A DNA stretch of 64,000 nt from a virus: the IMG/VR virus record IMGVR_UViG_3300021440_000014, positions 32,001-96,000 of that record, one strand, 5' to 3'. The translations under genes and the position numbers were made by a program. The notes under the pieces were generated by a model. The model ran no database searches. It saw nothing but the letters and a program-made list of their open reading frames with translations, and had not been told where the DNA came from. Below are positions 29,843 to 39,193 of the stretch, piece after piece; position 1 is the first letter of the stretch, and each line of letters begins with the position of its first letter.

Positions 29843-30595
29843 CTAACTTATCATCTTTTTGATGATTTCTTGGTTTTCTGGAGACTGATTTATTTTATGA
29901 GAGGTATGAAATAAGTCCAAAATCTTTTCTTTCATTTCAGGATCTTCTATTTCTTCTTCTATTCTCTTTTTAAATTCCTGCCCACCATGCAGCATTTGAG
30001 TGGCTAATTCAGCAGTTTTCTTTCCTAAGCCAAAAACTCCTCCAGATATTACTTTAGATCCTACGGAAACGACTGCTCCCGCTGCTGGATTTAAAACGCT
30101 TAATACTTTTAAAGCTATCCAAACAAATGCTAGTATAATAGCTATTACAATAAATTGAGTAAAATACCCTATTTGAATGGCCCCCGTTCCTTCTATTTTT
30201 TTGCCTGCATTTTTATCGTTATCCTCCCTAAAATCTTCAAGCTTAGAATCTAATTTCGCATCTAGTCTATCTAGTTTAGCTTTAAGTAATTCAGCCTCTT
30301 GTCTCCAAGGATCTACGGGTTTACCTAAACTTCCGGCTAGAGAATTAGCCACAGATTCGGCCTCTATTGCCGGTTTTAAAACATTAGTTGGAGAATCTGA
30401 TCTAACAGCCTCTATAACTGTCTCTTTAGTTTTTCTGGCAACGTAATCGGCGGCTTCTTTTTGAATTTCTTTATGTTGAATAGTAGCTTCTGGAACTTTC
30501 TCAACTTTATCCTGCATAAATTCTACTTTTTTGGGGAATAATGAGCACCCATTCAAAACCATAAACAGGGGTAATACTAATAATATTTTTTTCAT
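29843..30595 (-). CDS. Lipoprotein with internal TM helix (unimolecular-spanin-like)
   Basis: Lipobox LNG|C17; coiled-coil region; hydrophobic FIVIAIILAFVWIAL. Confidence 0.55.
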   Translation of the reverse strand: MKKILLVLPLFMVLNGCSLFPKKVEFMQDKVEKVPEATIQHKEIQKEAADYVARKTKETVIEAVRSDSPTNVLKPAIEAESVANSLAGSLGKPVDPWRQEAELLKAKLDRLDAKLDSKLEDFREDNDKNAGKKIEGTGAIQIGYFTQFIVIAIILAFVWIALKVLSVLNPAAGAVVSVGSKVISGGVFGLGKKTAELATQMLHGGQEFKKRIEEEIEDPEMKEKILDLFHTSHKINQSPENQEIIKKMIS

Positions 30596-30598
30596 AAA

Positions 30599-32542
30599 TT
30601 AAATAGGTTCAAATTTAGCGTAAACTCTTGTAGGCATAGTTGGGAAATAATTACCTTCAAACATATTATCTGCGTCAAATAGATTCCATATTCCATACGT
30701 AGAACCATCCGATATAATGGTATCATTTGTATCATAATGATCTGTATTAGCGAAAACAGTTTTAGAACTAATAGATCCAGTGTCCATATAAGAAACTGAA
30801 CATGTTTTAATAGACGATACTGGAAGTCTACCGGCTATATTACCTTTATCCCCCTGAACACTTGGATCGTATCCTGTGCCCTGATTACAAGAAAGAATAC
30901 TTATGTAATTAGAGCTAGAAAACGGTCTATTAAAAATGATTTGATGATGGAAACTATTTATTTCTAATTCATTTAATGAAGCGGTATTACTATGTTTCTT
31001 GCCCCTAACTGGAACAATTCCGCTAATATTATTTAACCATCCAGATTTATAATGCACTAAAATGTAAGGAACCCAACCACTTGAAGTTCCCGCTACACTA
31101 GGTCTTGGCATTGGAAGTCCAGTTGGGTTTAAATAAAGTAATTTACGATTACTAAGGTTATCGTTTATAGAATTAACAGTAAAAAATCCATTGTAAGATT
31201 TATCCAAACGATTTTGTTGAGTATTTGTTGCTGCGGCCGAATCTAAAATACCAGACACGTAAACAATGTCTCCAGCCTCAAAAACAGAAGTATCCCATTT
31301 CACAGACCTACTATCAATAGGATCTTTGAGGATAAAAACAATTTTATTTACTCCCACACCTGAATCCATGTATATTCCATCTGTAACCCCTACTTTAACC
31401 TGCGGATCAAACATGCATTTTTTCTGCGTATCGTCCTGAATGCCATTCGGGAACAAAGCAGTTCCGCTAACATTTAAATTTCCATGAACAACCAAGTGCC
31501 CACTTACAAATCCACTACCCTGAATGTGAGTGGCATTATTTATTCCATAGCCCAAAAATGTTTTGCCACTTACAAATAGTTGATCTCCAACATTAAGCCC
31601 AGATCTTATAAATCCACTTTGATTAGCGAGCAAATGACCGCTAATTACAACATTTCCAGTTACGTCTATACCTCCAGAAACTTCAATTTTTCTGTTAAAA
31701 ACTGTTTTACCAACTAAAGTAATATTATCGTTTTGGCTGTTGCCTAAATATGTATCGCCGCTGACTCTTAAGTCGCCAACAACTCCCAAGTTAGAACCGA
31801 CGTTTACGGTACTTTGAAATAAAGCAGGGGCACTAAATGTTGAAGCGGCGTTTACCGTAAGAGTATTCGTTGAGGATTGCCCTAAAACAGTATCTCCGCT
31901 TGCCCCAAGTATTTTTTGGGAAGCTATGTTACCAGCAATATATAAATTGTCATTTCCGGTTATTAATCCTAAAGATTTAATCCCACTATTAAAAATACCA
32001 GTATGATCAACAGTAGTAAGTCCATTAAAGTAAAATGTATTTGGTCTACCTGCTGTTCCAAATTTTCCAGAACCAGTTATATCTATATTTCCGGTTACTT
32101 TAACGTTACCTACATTACCTAAATCCCCATAATTATAAGTATTACCAACAATTTTTAAATTACCTGAAACTTGGGTAATAGAATTAATATCTTTACCTAA
32201 ATTAACATTGCCGCTTACTCCCAACCCTCCAGTTACTTGTATATTTCCAGAAATATTTAAATTTCCGCTTTGATTAAGGTTTCCAATTATAGTAACAGAA
32301 TTACTAGAAGATTTACCAAATTTCGCATTTCCAGAACCTAAAATATCTCCAGTAACAAGTACTCTTCCAGATATTAATACGTCTCCACTATAATTAAATG
32401 TTCTATTTAGGCCGGGATCATTAGAAAAAAGCTCTTTAACTTGTCTTAAGGTAGCTTTATAAGTATTAGAGCCTTGAACTAGAGCTATTGAGTCTCCAGA
32501 TTGCAAAGCCGCTAACGATGGTAAATTTGAAATTGTCTTCAT
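30599..32542 (-). CDS. Tail fibre-like protein with SG/TG-rich beta repeats
   Basis: N-terminus KTISNLPSLAALQSGDSIALVQGSNTYKATL is a common fibre-head motif; (V/I)(S/T)G(N/D) repeats. Confidence 0.65.
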   Translation of the reverse strand: MKTISNLPSLAALQSGDSIALVQGSNTYKATLRQVKELFSNDPGLNRTFNYSGDVLISGRVLVTGDILGSGNAKFGKSSSNSVTIIGNLNQSGNLNISGNIQVTGGLGVSGNVNLGKDINSITQVSGNLKIVGNTYNYGDLGNVGNVKVTGNIDITGSGKFGTAGRPNTFYFNGLTTVDHTGIFNSGIKSLGLITGNDNLYIAGNIASQKILGASGDTVLGQSSTNTLTVNAASTFSAPALFQSTVNVGSNLGVVGDLRVSGDTYLGNSQNDNITLVGKTVFNRKIEVSGGIDVTGNVVISGHLLANQSGFIRSGLNVGDQLFVSGKTFLGYGINNATHIQGSGFVSGHLVVHGNLNVSGTALFPNGIQDDTQKKCMFDPQVKVGVTDGIYMDSGVGVNKIVFILKDPIDSRSVKWDTSVFEAGDIVYVSGILDSAAATNTQQNRLDKSYNGFFTVNSINDNLSNRKLLYLNPTGLPMPRPSVAGTSSGWVPYILVHYKSGWLNNISGIVPVRGKKHSNTASLNELEINSFHHQIIFNRPFSSSNYISILSCNQGTGYDPSVQGDKGNIAGRLPVSSIKTCSVSYMDTGSISSKTVFANTDHYDTNDTIISDGSTYGIWNLFDADNMFEGNYFPTMPTRVYAKFEPI

Positions 32543-32567
32543 ACCTTATGCCTATATATTTTACACG

Positions 32568-34364
32568 TTAAAATACTTGTGGGCCATAAAGAATAGGTTC
32601 GGTAAGTAAAATATGTCCGTCTTCTGTAGTTAATTGCTCGGAATTGTCTCCACTTACTATCTCAGATTGGACGTATATTGTATCAACAACACTACCTCCA
32701 ATTTGGCTCATTCCTTCTCCGTATACGGAAGCATTATTAGCTACAGCTTGTCCGCTGACTATATAATTATTTAAAATTCCACTAAGAAATAGTCCTTTTC
32801 CAAAATTGTCTGGGTCTATTTCAGTATAGAAATTTAATTTTACAGTTTTCTTACTTCTTATATCTGATGAGAAATCTACAGAATTTAATTTAAGGTTCTT
32901 AATATCAAAAGCTAACGCTGTTTCCTGTCCAGCATAGATTTCTGATAATGAATTTTTTATTTTAATATTCGCATCATAAGAATAGTCTAAGTATCTAAGT
33001 CTATTTAAAGAACCGTGTGCCCCAAAACCAGATACTTCTGCTTCTGGTGCGCCCGTATAGGTTTGATCTATTTGAATAATTATATATCCAAACTCTACGA
33101 CTAATCTTATATTATGGAATGTCCCGTCTGTAGCTTGAACGACTTTATAATCAGATCCGGTTTCTCCACTCGGGGTTTGTTCTACTTCAAAAAATATTCC
33201 ATCAGGCTGAGTAGTTAAATAAACCTTATATTTTTGCCCATCATCAGGACAGTTTATTATCCAATAATCTTCTGTGCCGTAAGCTGGCTCAGAACTCGTT
33301 TGATCTATGTCAAAAATATATTCCGCGCCATTAAAATAAAGTCTAAAAGCATAATATAGCCCATCTGTAGATTTAAGCCAACTGTTCGCGTAAGATATGG
33401 AAGTGAATTGATAGCTGCCAACAAGCAAGTCTCCAACTATAGCTTCTAGAGAAAGATTTACTGGTATTGGATAATTAGGTGGCCTGTCAACAGGATGTTT
33501 TTTGCCCAAGAATTGAAGCTTTTCTCTTGGAATACTTATATCTATTGAGTAATTTTGCAGCTTACAGTCTTTAAAATTAAAACCCATGTCAGGAAGAGTG
33601 GGATCATAGCCTATTCCAGTTAGAGAGAATGTTATGTCTCCGGGTTTCAGAGCCGAAGGTATTTTATCCTGATAATGTCTAGGTATTGAAACTCTGTAGT
33701 TAGAGTATTGACCTGATTTTAAATTTTGACTAAGAATTGGAACATGTAATCCACTTCCACTTATGAAATAAACTAAATCATCTGCAACAAATTTAGTTCT
33801 TACCATTGGGAAGTCACCTACCGTAGCATTATAAGATATATTTGTCAGGTAAGAATTGACGAAAGCAACTATTTCGTAGTTAAAAGAATAAGGATCTACA
33901 AAATCTTTAAGCCCATAGCCGCTAACCCCAGAAGCAAAAGTAGGAAGATAATAAGAATGGCCATCTTGCCCAGATTTATTTATGGCTATATAAAAATTCC
34001 TTCTATCCTTGTCCCTGTTTAAATCTAAATAACCAGAAAAGATACATTCTCCCGTAGGGTAAATAGCCTCACTTCCGCTTAGATTATAATTTGGGTTCAT
34101 CCCCATTTTAGCTTCATTCGAAACGCTAAACTGATAATAATCGAATTCGAAAGAGACATCTGGATGCCTATTTAAATTGCTATTTATAGATGATTTTGTT
34201 CCTAATTCGTAAATATTGCTTCTATTTAAGTCATAGCCGTAATTAAATGACTGTATTCTATATAATCGTTGCAGTAGGTGCGCTTCAGGAAGTAGAACTG
34301 CCTGAGAGTCGCTATGCGGTCCAACATAAACGTTTTGGACATTGTATAGAATTTGATTAGACAT
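32568..34364 (-). CDS. Tail tube paralog 3 with inserted triple-repeat module
   Basis: ILYNVQNVYVGP, RIQSFNYGY, ALKPGDITF, KLQNYS, PVNLS and KNLKL align with the two tail-tube proteins. Confidence 0.7.
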   Translation of the reverse strand: MSNQILYNVQNVYVGPHSDSQAVLLPEAHLLQRLYRIQSFNYGYDLNRSNIYELGTKSSINSNLNRHPDVSFEFDYYQFSVSNEAKMGMNPNYNLSGSEAIYPTGECIFSGYLDLNRDKDRRNFYIAINKSGQDGHSYYLPTFASGVSGYGLKDFVDPYSFNYEIVAFVNSYLTNISYNATVGDFPMVRTKFVADDLVYFISGSGLHVPILSQNLKSGQYSNYRVSIPRHYQDKIPSALKPGDITFSLTGIGYDPTLPDMGFNFKDCKLQNYSIDISIPREKLQFLGKKHPVDRPPNYPIPVNLSLEAIVGDLLVGSYQFTSISYANSWLKSTDGLYYAFRLYFNGAEYIFDIDQTSSEPAYGTEDYWIINCPDDGQKYKVYLTTQPDGIFFEVEQTPSGETGSDYKVVQATDGTFHNIRLVVEFGYIIIQIDQTYTGAPEAEVSGFGAHGSLNRLRYLDYSYDANIKIKNSLSEIYAGQETALAFDIKNLKLNSVDFSSDIRSKKTVKLNFYTEIDPDNFGKGLFLSGILNNYIVSGQAVANNASVYGEGMSQIGGSVVDTIYVQSEIVSGDNSEQLTTEDGHILLTEPILYGPQVF

Positions 34365-36390
34365 TTTTACTATGATATAATAATGTAGCTAAAAATTCAT
34401 CTATATCATGCTCGCATCTTATGTCATCGATTTGCTTGCATGTCTCTTCGTTTTTATCAGGCAAATTTTTAATATAACTAGCTATAACTTTTTCATCATT
34501 CCATTTTTCAGGAGATTCATTAATCCTGACAATAGAGCATAACTCGTCAACTAATAACCTTTGATTTTCATTTATGTCTTTCACTCCATAAATGCTTTTG
34601 ACTTTTTCCTCCGTTAACTGCTCTAACTTAGAAGATACGGCCATTATATCTTTAATTTTACTTAAACTATAAGATGTAAACGCCGATTCGGATGCGCCAA
34701 CTTTACCCGGTTTCTTAGGGGAAGATGTTCCAGAAGGTCTTCCTTTTGGGGCGGCTGGATTGGCGGGTTGCTTATAAATATTTGGATTTTCAGCAATATG
34801 TTTAAGCTCCCTAGAGTGCTTCTTATCATCCAAAGCCATCTTATCTTTTTCAAGAGACTGCTGGCTTTTAAGAGAATCCTCCTGCATTTTCTTTTGAGAA
34901 AACGGACCACCAACAATAGGTTCATAGAACCCTTTATCTTTATGGGATCTAAATTCTTTCTGGTTTTCTAACGACTCTTCTTTTGAGGGTAATCTTCCTT
35001 CCTCAATACAATCCAGTGTCTCTGAGGGTGTTAGGATTCCTAATTCTGCAAGTCTTGTATAAATTTTCGCATACTCAAGGCTATCTTTAAGTTCGATATC
35101 TTCAAAATATGGAGTAGGATAATTCTTAAGCCCTAATTCTTTAGATATTCTGATAATTTCAGGCAATAAGAATTCCTCAATAAAGGATTGTCTCGCCTGT
35201 CTAAGCCTTTCCACGAAAACATCTATTTTAACACTTGCATTTGCAAATTTATCTTCTGAATTTATAAGTAGATTGTTTAGACCTTCTCTAATATCTCTAT
35301 CTACAACAGCATATTTTTTAGGATCTAGAAGACTAGCCACATCTGGAATTACCCATTCTGCTTTAGTAGTATAGTCTGCGACTAATACTCTTGCAACGGA
35401 TTCGTTCTGGAAAAATCTTTGGATGGCTTCGATATGTTTCTGGTTAACTCCTCCTTTTTCTGGTTCTGCGCCCATTGTTACAAGTAATATTACTTGATTC
35501 AATGTTCTCATTACTGCCATGTCCATTTTCTTCATTTCAGTTTTCCAGTTTATGTCCGAAAGGACTGGATATCCCATTGGAACCGAAAAAGGCTCATAGT
35601 CTTGCTTCTTATAAAAGATGGCGGAAATTTCATCCTTATCTAAAGGAAGTAATACTTCTAAAGTTGAAGAGTTTTTAATTTTACTTACAATTTCTTTTGG
35701 AAGCCTATTTAAAACAGCCTTATCTTCTTCAGTTTTTGGCTTTTTAAGTCTTTCAAGCTCATAGTCAGAAATTCTTTTGTAGTAAATCGCGCTAGCAAAA
35801 GATATATTTCCGCCTACTTTAATGTCAGCGGGATTAAGTATTATATATTTAACTGGAATAGTTACTGTTTCAGCTTTAGAAACGGAAAGTCCATAGACTT
35901 GATTCATTTTTTTAAGAGCTTCAATCTCTATCTCTCCTATCATCCTGTAAATGAATACGTTTCCAGATCTGTAATACTCCCTAAAGAACTTATCTTGCAA
36001 AGAATTTATATTTATCTTAGAAAACAAAGCTTCAAAGAAGTCTCTAGATTTTTTGCTACCATTTTTGAAGAATATTTTACTGGTAGAAAATTCTGTCATT
36101 AAATCTATGGTATTTCTAAAGATTGAAAAGTTATAATATGCTTTTTGACATAAAATAACTGCATCCCTAATATCCATATTTGAAGATCCATAGTCAGAAG
36201 AGCTATGAGACTTAAATGGAATGATGCCGTTTTCTATATTAGCAAATTCATTACTTCTAGGGAGGATGCCTGCCAAATTCTTTCTTTTTGGCGAATCAGT
36301 ATTAGCGATAATAACCTCCAGAGGTCCGCCAACCGCTTCCTCTGCATCAGTCAACAACGAAGATATATTACCTTTTGCCTTTCTTTTCAT
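34357..36390 (-). CDS. Portal protein
   Basis: 677 aa directly after terminase; FFREYYRSGNVFIY, YIILNP, ILLVTMG; low-complexity basic tail. Confidence 0.8.
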   Translation of the reverse strand: MKRKAKGNISSLLTDAEEAVGGPLEVIIANTDSPKRKNLAGILPRSNEFANIENGIIPFKSHSSSDYGSSNMDIRDAVILCQKAYYNFSIFRNTIDLMTEFSTSKIFFKNGSKKSRDFFEALFSKININSLQDKFFREYYRSGNVFIYRMIGEIEIEALKKMNQVYGLSVSKAETVTIPVKYIILNPADIKVGGNISFASAIYYKRISDYELERLKKPKTEEDKAVLNRLPKEIVSKIKNSSTLEVLLPLDKDEISAIFYKKQDYEPFSVPMGYPVLSDINWKTEMKKMDMAVMRTLNQVILLVTMGAEPEKGGVNQKHIEAIQRFFQNESVARVLVADYTTKAEWVIPDVASLLDPKKYAVVDRDIREGLNNLLINSEDKFANASVKIDVFVERLRQARQSFIEEFLLPEIIRISKELGLKNYPTPYFEDIELKDSLEYAKIYTRLAELGILTPSETLDCIEEGRLPSKEESLENQKEFRSHKDKGFYEPIVGGPFSQKKMQEDSLKSQQSLEKDKMALDDKKHSRELKHIAENPNIYKQPANPAAPKGRPSGTSSPKKPGKVGASESAFTSYSLSKIKDIMAVSSKLEQLTEEKVKSIYGVKDINENQRLLVDELCSIVRINESPEKWNDEKVIASYIKNLPDKNEETCKQIDDIRCEHDIDEFLATLLYHSKNV

Positions 36391-36419
36391 AAAATCTATT
36401 TAATTTACACTTTTTATGG

Positions 36420-38255
36420 TTACTTTATAAAAATTGGAGCAAAACTATAATTAATATCTTCCTGCACCACATTATTCATATTATTATATATCTTCATGCC
36501 CCAAACTCCCAACATTAATGTTGTATAGTTATCTTTTCTTGCCCTATTAGGATCTTTACTCTTTTTAAGATGGGATGGAAGCTCAAAAGTAAGGTGGCCT
36601 CTAGCTGAGGTTTTAACTTCTATAAGAGCGCACTGCTTTTTTACTGAATGTATTAGCTCATCTTGGTAGTCTATTAATTCCCCAACATCTTTAAAGTCCG
36701 TTAACTCCAAAGGAACTCTAGAACTGCTAACTTTTTCGAAAATAGAGCCGTCAGGATTTATTTTTGAGCCAAACCATATCTTTTTATAATCTATAGCTGC
36801 CTGTAGGTTCTCATTACCTCTTCTTACAAACTCTACAGAGAAATGCTGTTTAATACAAATTCTTCTAGCTTCCCTGTTATAAGATCTTTTTACCTTTTTC
36901 ACCATTTCCTCATACTCAACACCTTCCAAGTCAGAGTCCCATTCTTCTATAAATTTTAATTCTATTTTATTCTTAATGGCAACATCGCTATTATTAAAAC
37001 TTGGAATAAAATTTCCATCTGCTGAGTCTGTAACAATTAAAATAGGATCGAATGCCTCAAGTAAATAATAGAAATAGTCCAAATGGTCCTTTAAGTCGCC
37101 ACCGGCATTTGCATAGTTGTGAACAACTGTTCCTATTTCTGGATTTTCGTCTATTTCTATGACTGCCATAGCAAAATAATCAGCCGCTTGGCTGTTGCTC
37201 AAGTTAGGATCAATTGATAAAATATATTTTTTGTTCTTTTCTCCTATTAGCTTAAGGTGAGGATATTCGCCATCTGGAATCGTGCATTCTTGCATCTTTT
37301 TCGCACTGAAATAACCATCACTTCCGTCTGTAAATTGAGCGCAATACTCTCTAAGGAAAGAAGGGTTTTCTAAGCCACCAGACATAGCCTCTTCAATGAC
37401 TGATTTTTCCACCATGTATGAAGGAATAGCATTAAAAGCAATTTGAGAAACAAAATAGGTAGACTCTCTTTTTTGATCGTCATATATATTTGCCATCCAC
37501 TCCTTATAAGTTTTATAAAGGTTCTCAAAAGTAAAACTCGCAGAAGAAAGGGCTATCATTTGTGCCGTATTACCAAATACAGTCCTATCTGACTCCTTCA
37601 TTTCTCCTGACGCTATTAATTCACTTTCTATTTCTATTATCTCCTGTCTTTCTCCGATGTTCTGAGGAGCCACTAAGAAGGGAAGTAAAACGTTTTTAAT
37701 CATTTCTTCACTTAGTAGCAAAAATTCGTCAAGGATTAGAACATTACATCTAAAACCACGAATCTTTTCTCCGTTTAATGGAATGGCTACAATAGATCCA
37801 CCATTGACACTCCAAGAAAGCAAGTCATTTCTATGGGCGGGTTCATTACAGAAAGCCTGCGCGAGCAATTTAGCGTTTGGGCTATTAACTATCTTTTCTA
37901 GTTCTGTAAAAATATTTCTAGCCGTTCTAAAAGTAGGACCAGCTATGAGTATTTTAGTTCTTGGCTCAAATATACATTTTAAAAAGCAGTATATAGCCGC
38001 CATTGTGCTTTTACCGGCACCACGTCCCCATACATTTAAACAGTAGTTCCTATTAAACCAAGCTTTAAGAATTATCTCTTGATATTCTGCCGGTCTAAAT
38101 CCACTTAGTATTTCAGTGGCAAGTCCCAGATTGTTTCTTAGAAAATTAGCAAGAAAAATTTTAGCATCCTTATCAGAAAGCTCTCCTTTTATCTTCAGAA
38201 ACTCTTCGTTTTTATCAGGAAGGTTTCTTTTATATTTTTCTGGTTCATACCACAT
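36420..38255 (-). CDS. terL: Terminase large subunit
   Basis: YQ adenine motif, Walker A GRGAGKS, Walker B VLILDE, RNase H-like SIDP and terminal KD. Confidence 0.92.
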   Translation of the reverse strand: MWYEPEKYKRNLPDKNEEFLKIKGELSDKDAKIFLANFLRNNLGLATEILSGFRPAEYQEIILKAWFNRNYCLNVWGRGAGKSTMAAIYCFLKCIFEPRTKILIAGPTFRTARNIFTELEKIVNSPNAKLLAQAFCNEPAHRNDLLSWSVNGGSIVAIPLNGEKIRGFRCNVLILDEFLLLSEEMIKNVLLPFLVAPQNIGERQEIIEIESELIASGEMKESDRTVFGNTAQMIALSSASFTFENLYKTYKEWMANIYDDQKRESTYFVSQIAFNAIPSYMVEKSVIEEAMSGGLENPSFLREYCAQFTDGSDGYFSAKKMQECTIPDGEYPHLKLIGEKNKKYILSIDPNLSNSQAADYFAMAVIEIDENPEIGTVVHNYANAGGDLKDHLDYFYYLLEAFDPILIVTDSADGNFIPSFNNSDVAIKNKIELKFIEEWDSDLEGVEYEEMVKKVKRSYNREARRICIKQHFSVEFVRRGNENLQAAIDYKKIWFGSKINPDGSIFEKVSSSRVPLELTDFKDVGELIDYQDELIHSVKKQCALIEVKTSARGHLTFELPSHLKKSKDPNRARKDNYTTLMLGVWGMKIYNNMNNVVQEDINYSFAPIFIK

Positions 38256-38257
38256 AA

Positions 38258-39193
38258 TTATAACTCTTTCAAATCATATTCTAGTTGTAAATCATATTTT
38301 AAATGAAGATTTCCAAAGTATAGAATCTTTTCTACAAGCCTAGACGCCTCGCTTCTACTATCTACAAATAGAAATTGAATATTTTTATTTGACTGCATTA
38401 AGGATCTTACGTTATGAAAAACATATTCTTCAGTAACTAAAAGTCTTGGCGAAATTAAATTCCTTTTCTTAAAATTCAAGGCATCGTTAGAAGACTGCTC
38501 AACCAAAACGACTAAATAGCAGTTGGCATTTGTCGCTCTATCTAGTTCTCTTTTAAATCTATCAAATCCAGTTGAGAAAGTTGAAACAAAATCAGATAAG
38601 CTTTTTCTCTCAATTGCGAGTTTTTGAGGCAATGGATCTTTTTCTAATTTATAATCCCCATAAGGAAGGCTAGATATTTTTTTCTTTATCTCGTATCTGA
38701 AAAACAAAGGAGACTGCTCTCTAGTATCTATAAGTATTGGGTTTGAATCTTTATTAGTTTCTATCACTTCTGTTTTTAATGATAGTCTATTAATAAGTCC
38801 AAGATTTTCGAAAAATTGAATGTAATTAGGGATTATCTTTTTTATAGTGATTAACGAAGGACACATTAAACTCTTAAGTTCTACTTGTGAAGGAATAAAA
38901 ACTAAACCTTTCCTCTCTATTCTTTCGCGAACGAAAGATTCTATGAACTTAATCTGGTTTTCTAAGTCTGAAGAATTAAACCAGATTTTTAGATTGTCTT
39001 TACAAAGGAAATCCGTAGTTAAATACTGCTCTCTATTTTTAAATGGTATTGGTTCTCCGGTAAGTAGGTCTTTTTTAGAATAGTATTTTAAATAATATTC
39101 CTCTATTTTAATCTTATGGGATTTAAGATGCCCATGTAATTCTCTTTCCTTACTAAAAATAGACTGACACACTAAACATTTTATATCATCCAT
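38258..39193 (-). CDS. C2H2 zinc finger + ERCC4/XPF-family nuclease
   Basis: CxxC..HxxxH; ILIDTREQ, GDY and IERKSLSDF ERCC4 signature. Confidence 0.85.
   Translation of the reverse strand: MDDIKCLVCQSIFSKERELHGHLKSHKIKIEEYYLKYYSKKDLLTGEPIPFKNREQYLTTDFLCKDNLKIWFNSSDLENQIKFIESFVRERIERKGLVFIPSQVELKSLMCPSLITIKKIIPNYIQFFENLGLINRLSLKTEVIETNKDSNPILIDTREQSPLFFRYEIKKKISSLPYGDYKLEKDPLPQKLAIERKSLSDFVSTFSTGFDRFKRELDRATNANCYLVVLVEQSSNDALNFKKRNLISPRLLVTEEYVFHNVRSLMQSNKNIQFLFVDSRSEASRLVEKILYFGNLHLKYDLQLEYDLKEL

Noticed and set aside
36420-38255. Intein or intron in terminase, portal or capsid genes
   Set aside because: Sizes are normal and no intein or LAGLIDADG motifs were seen.
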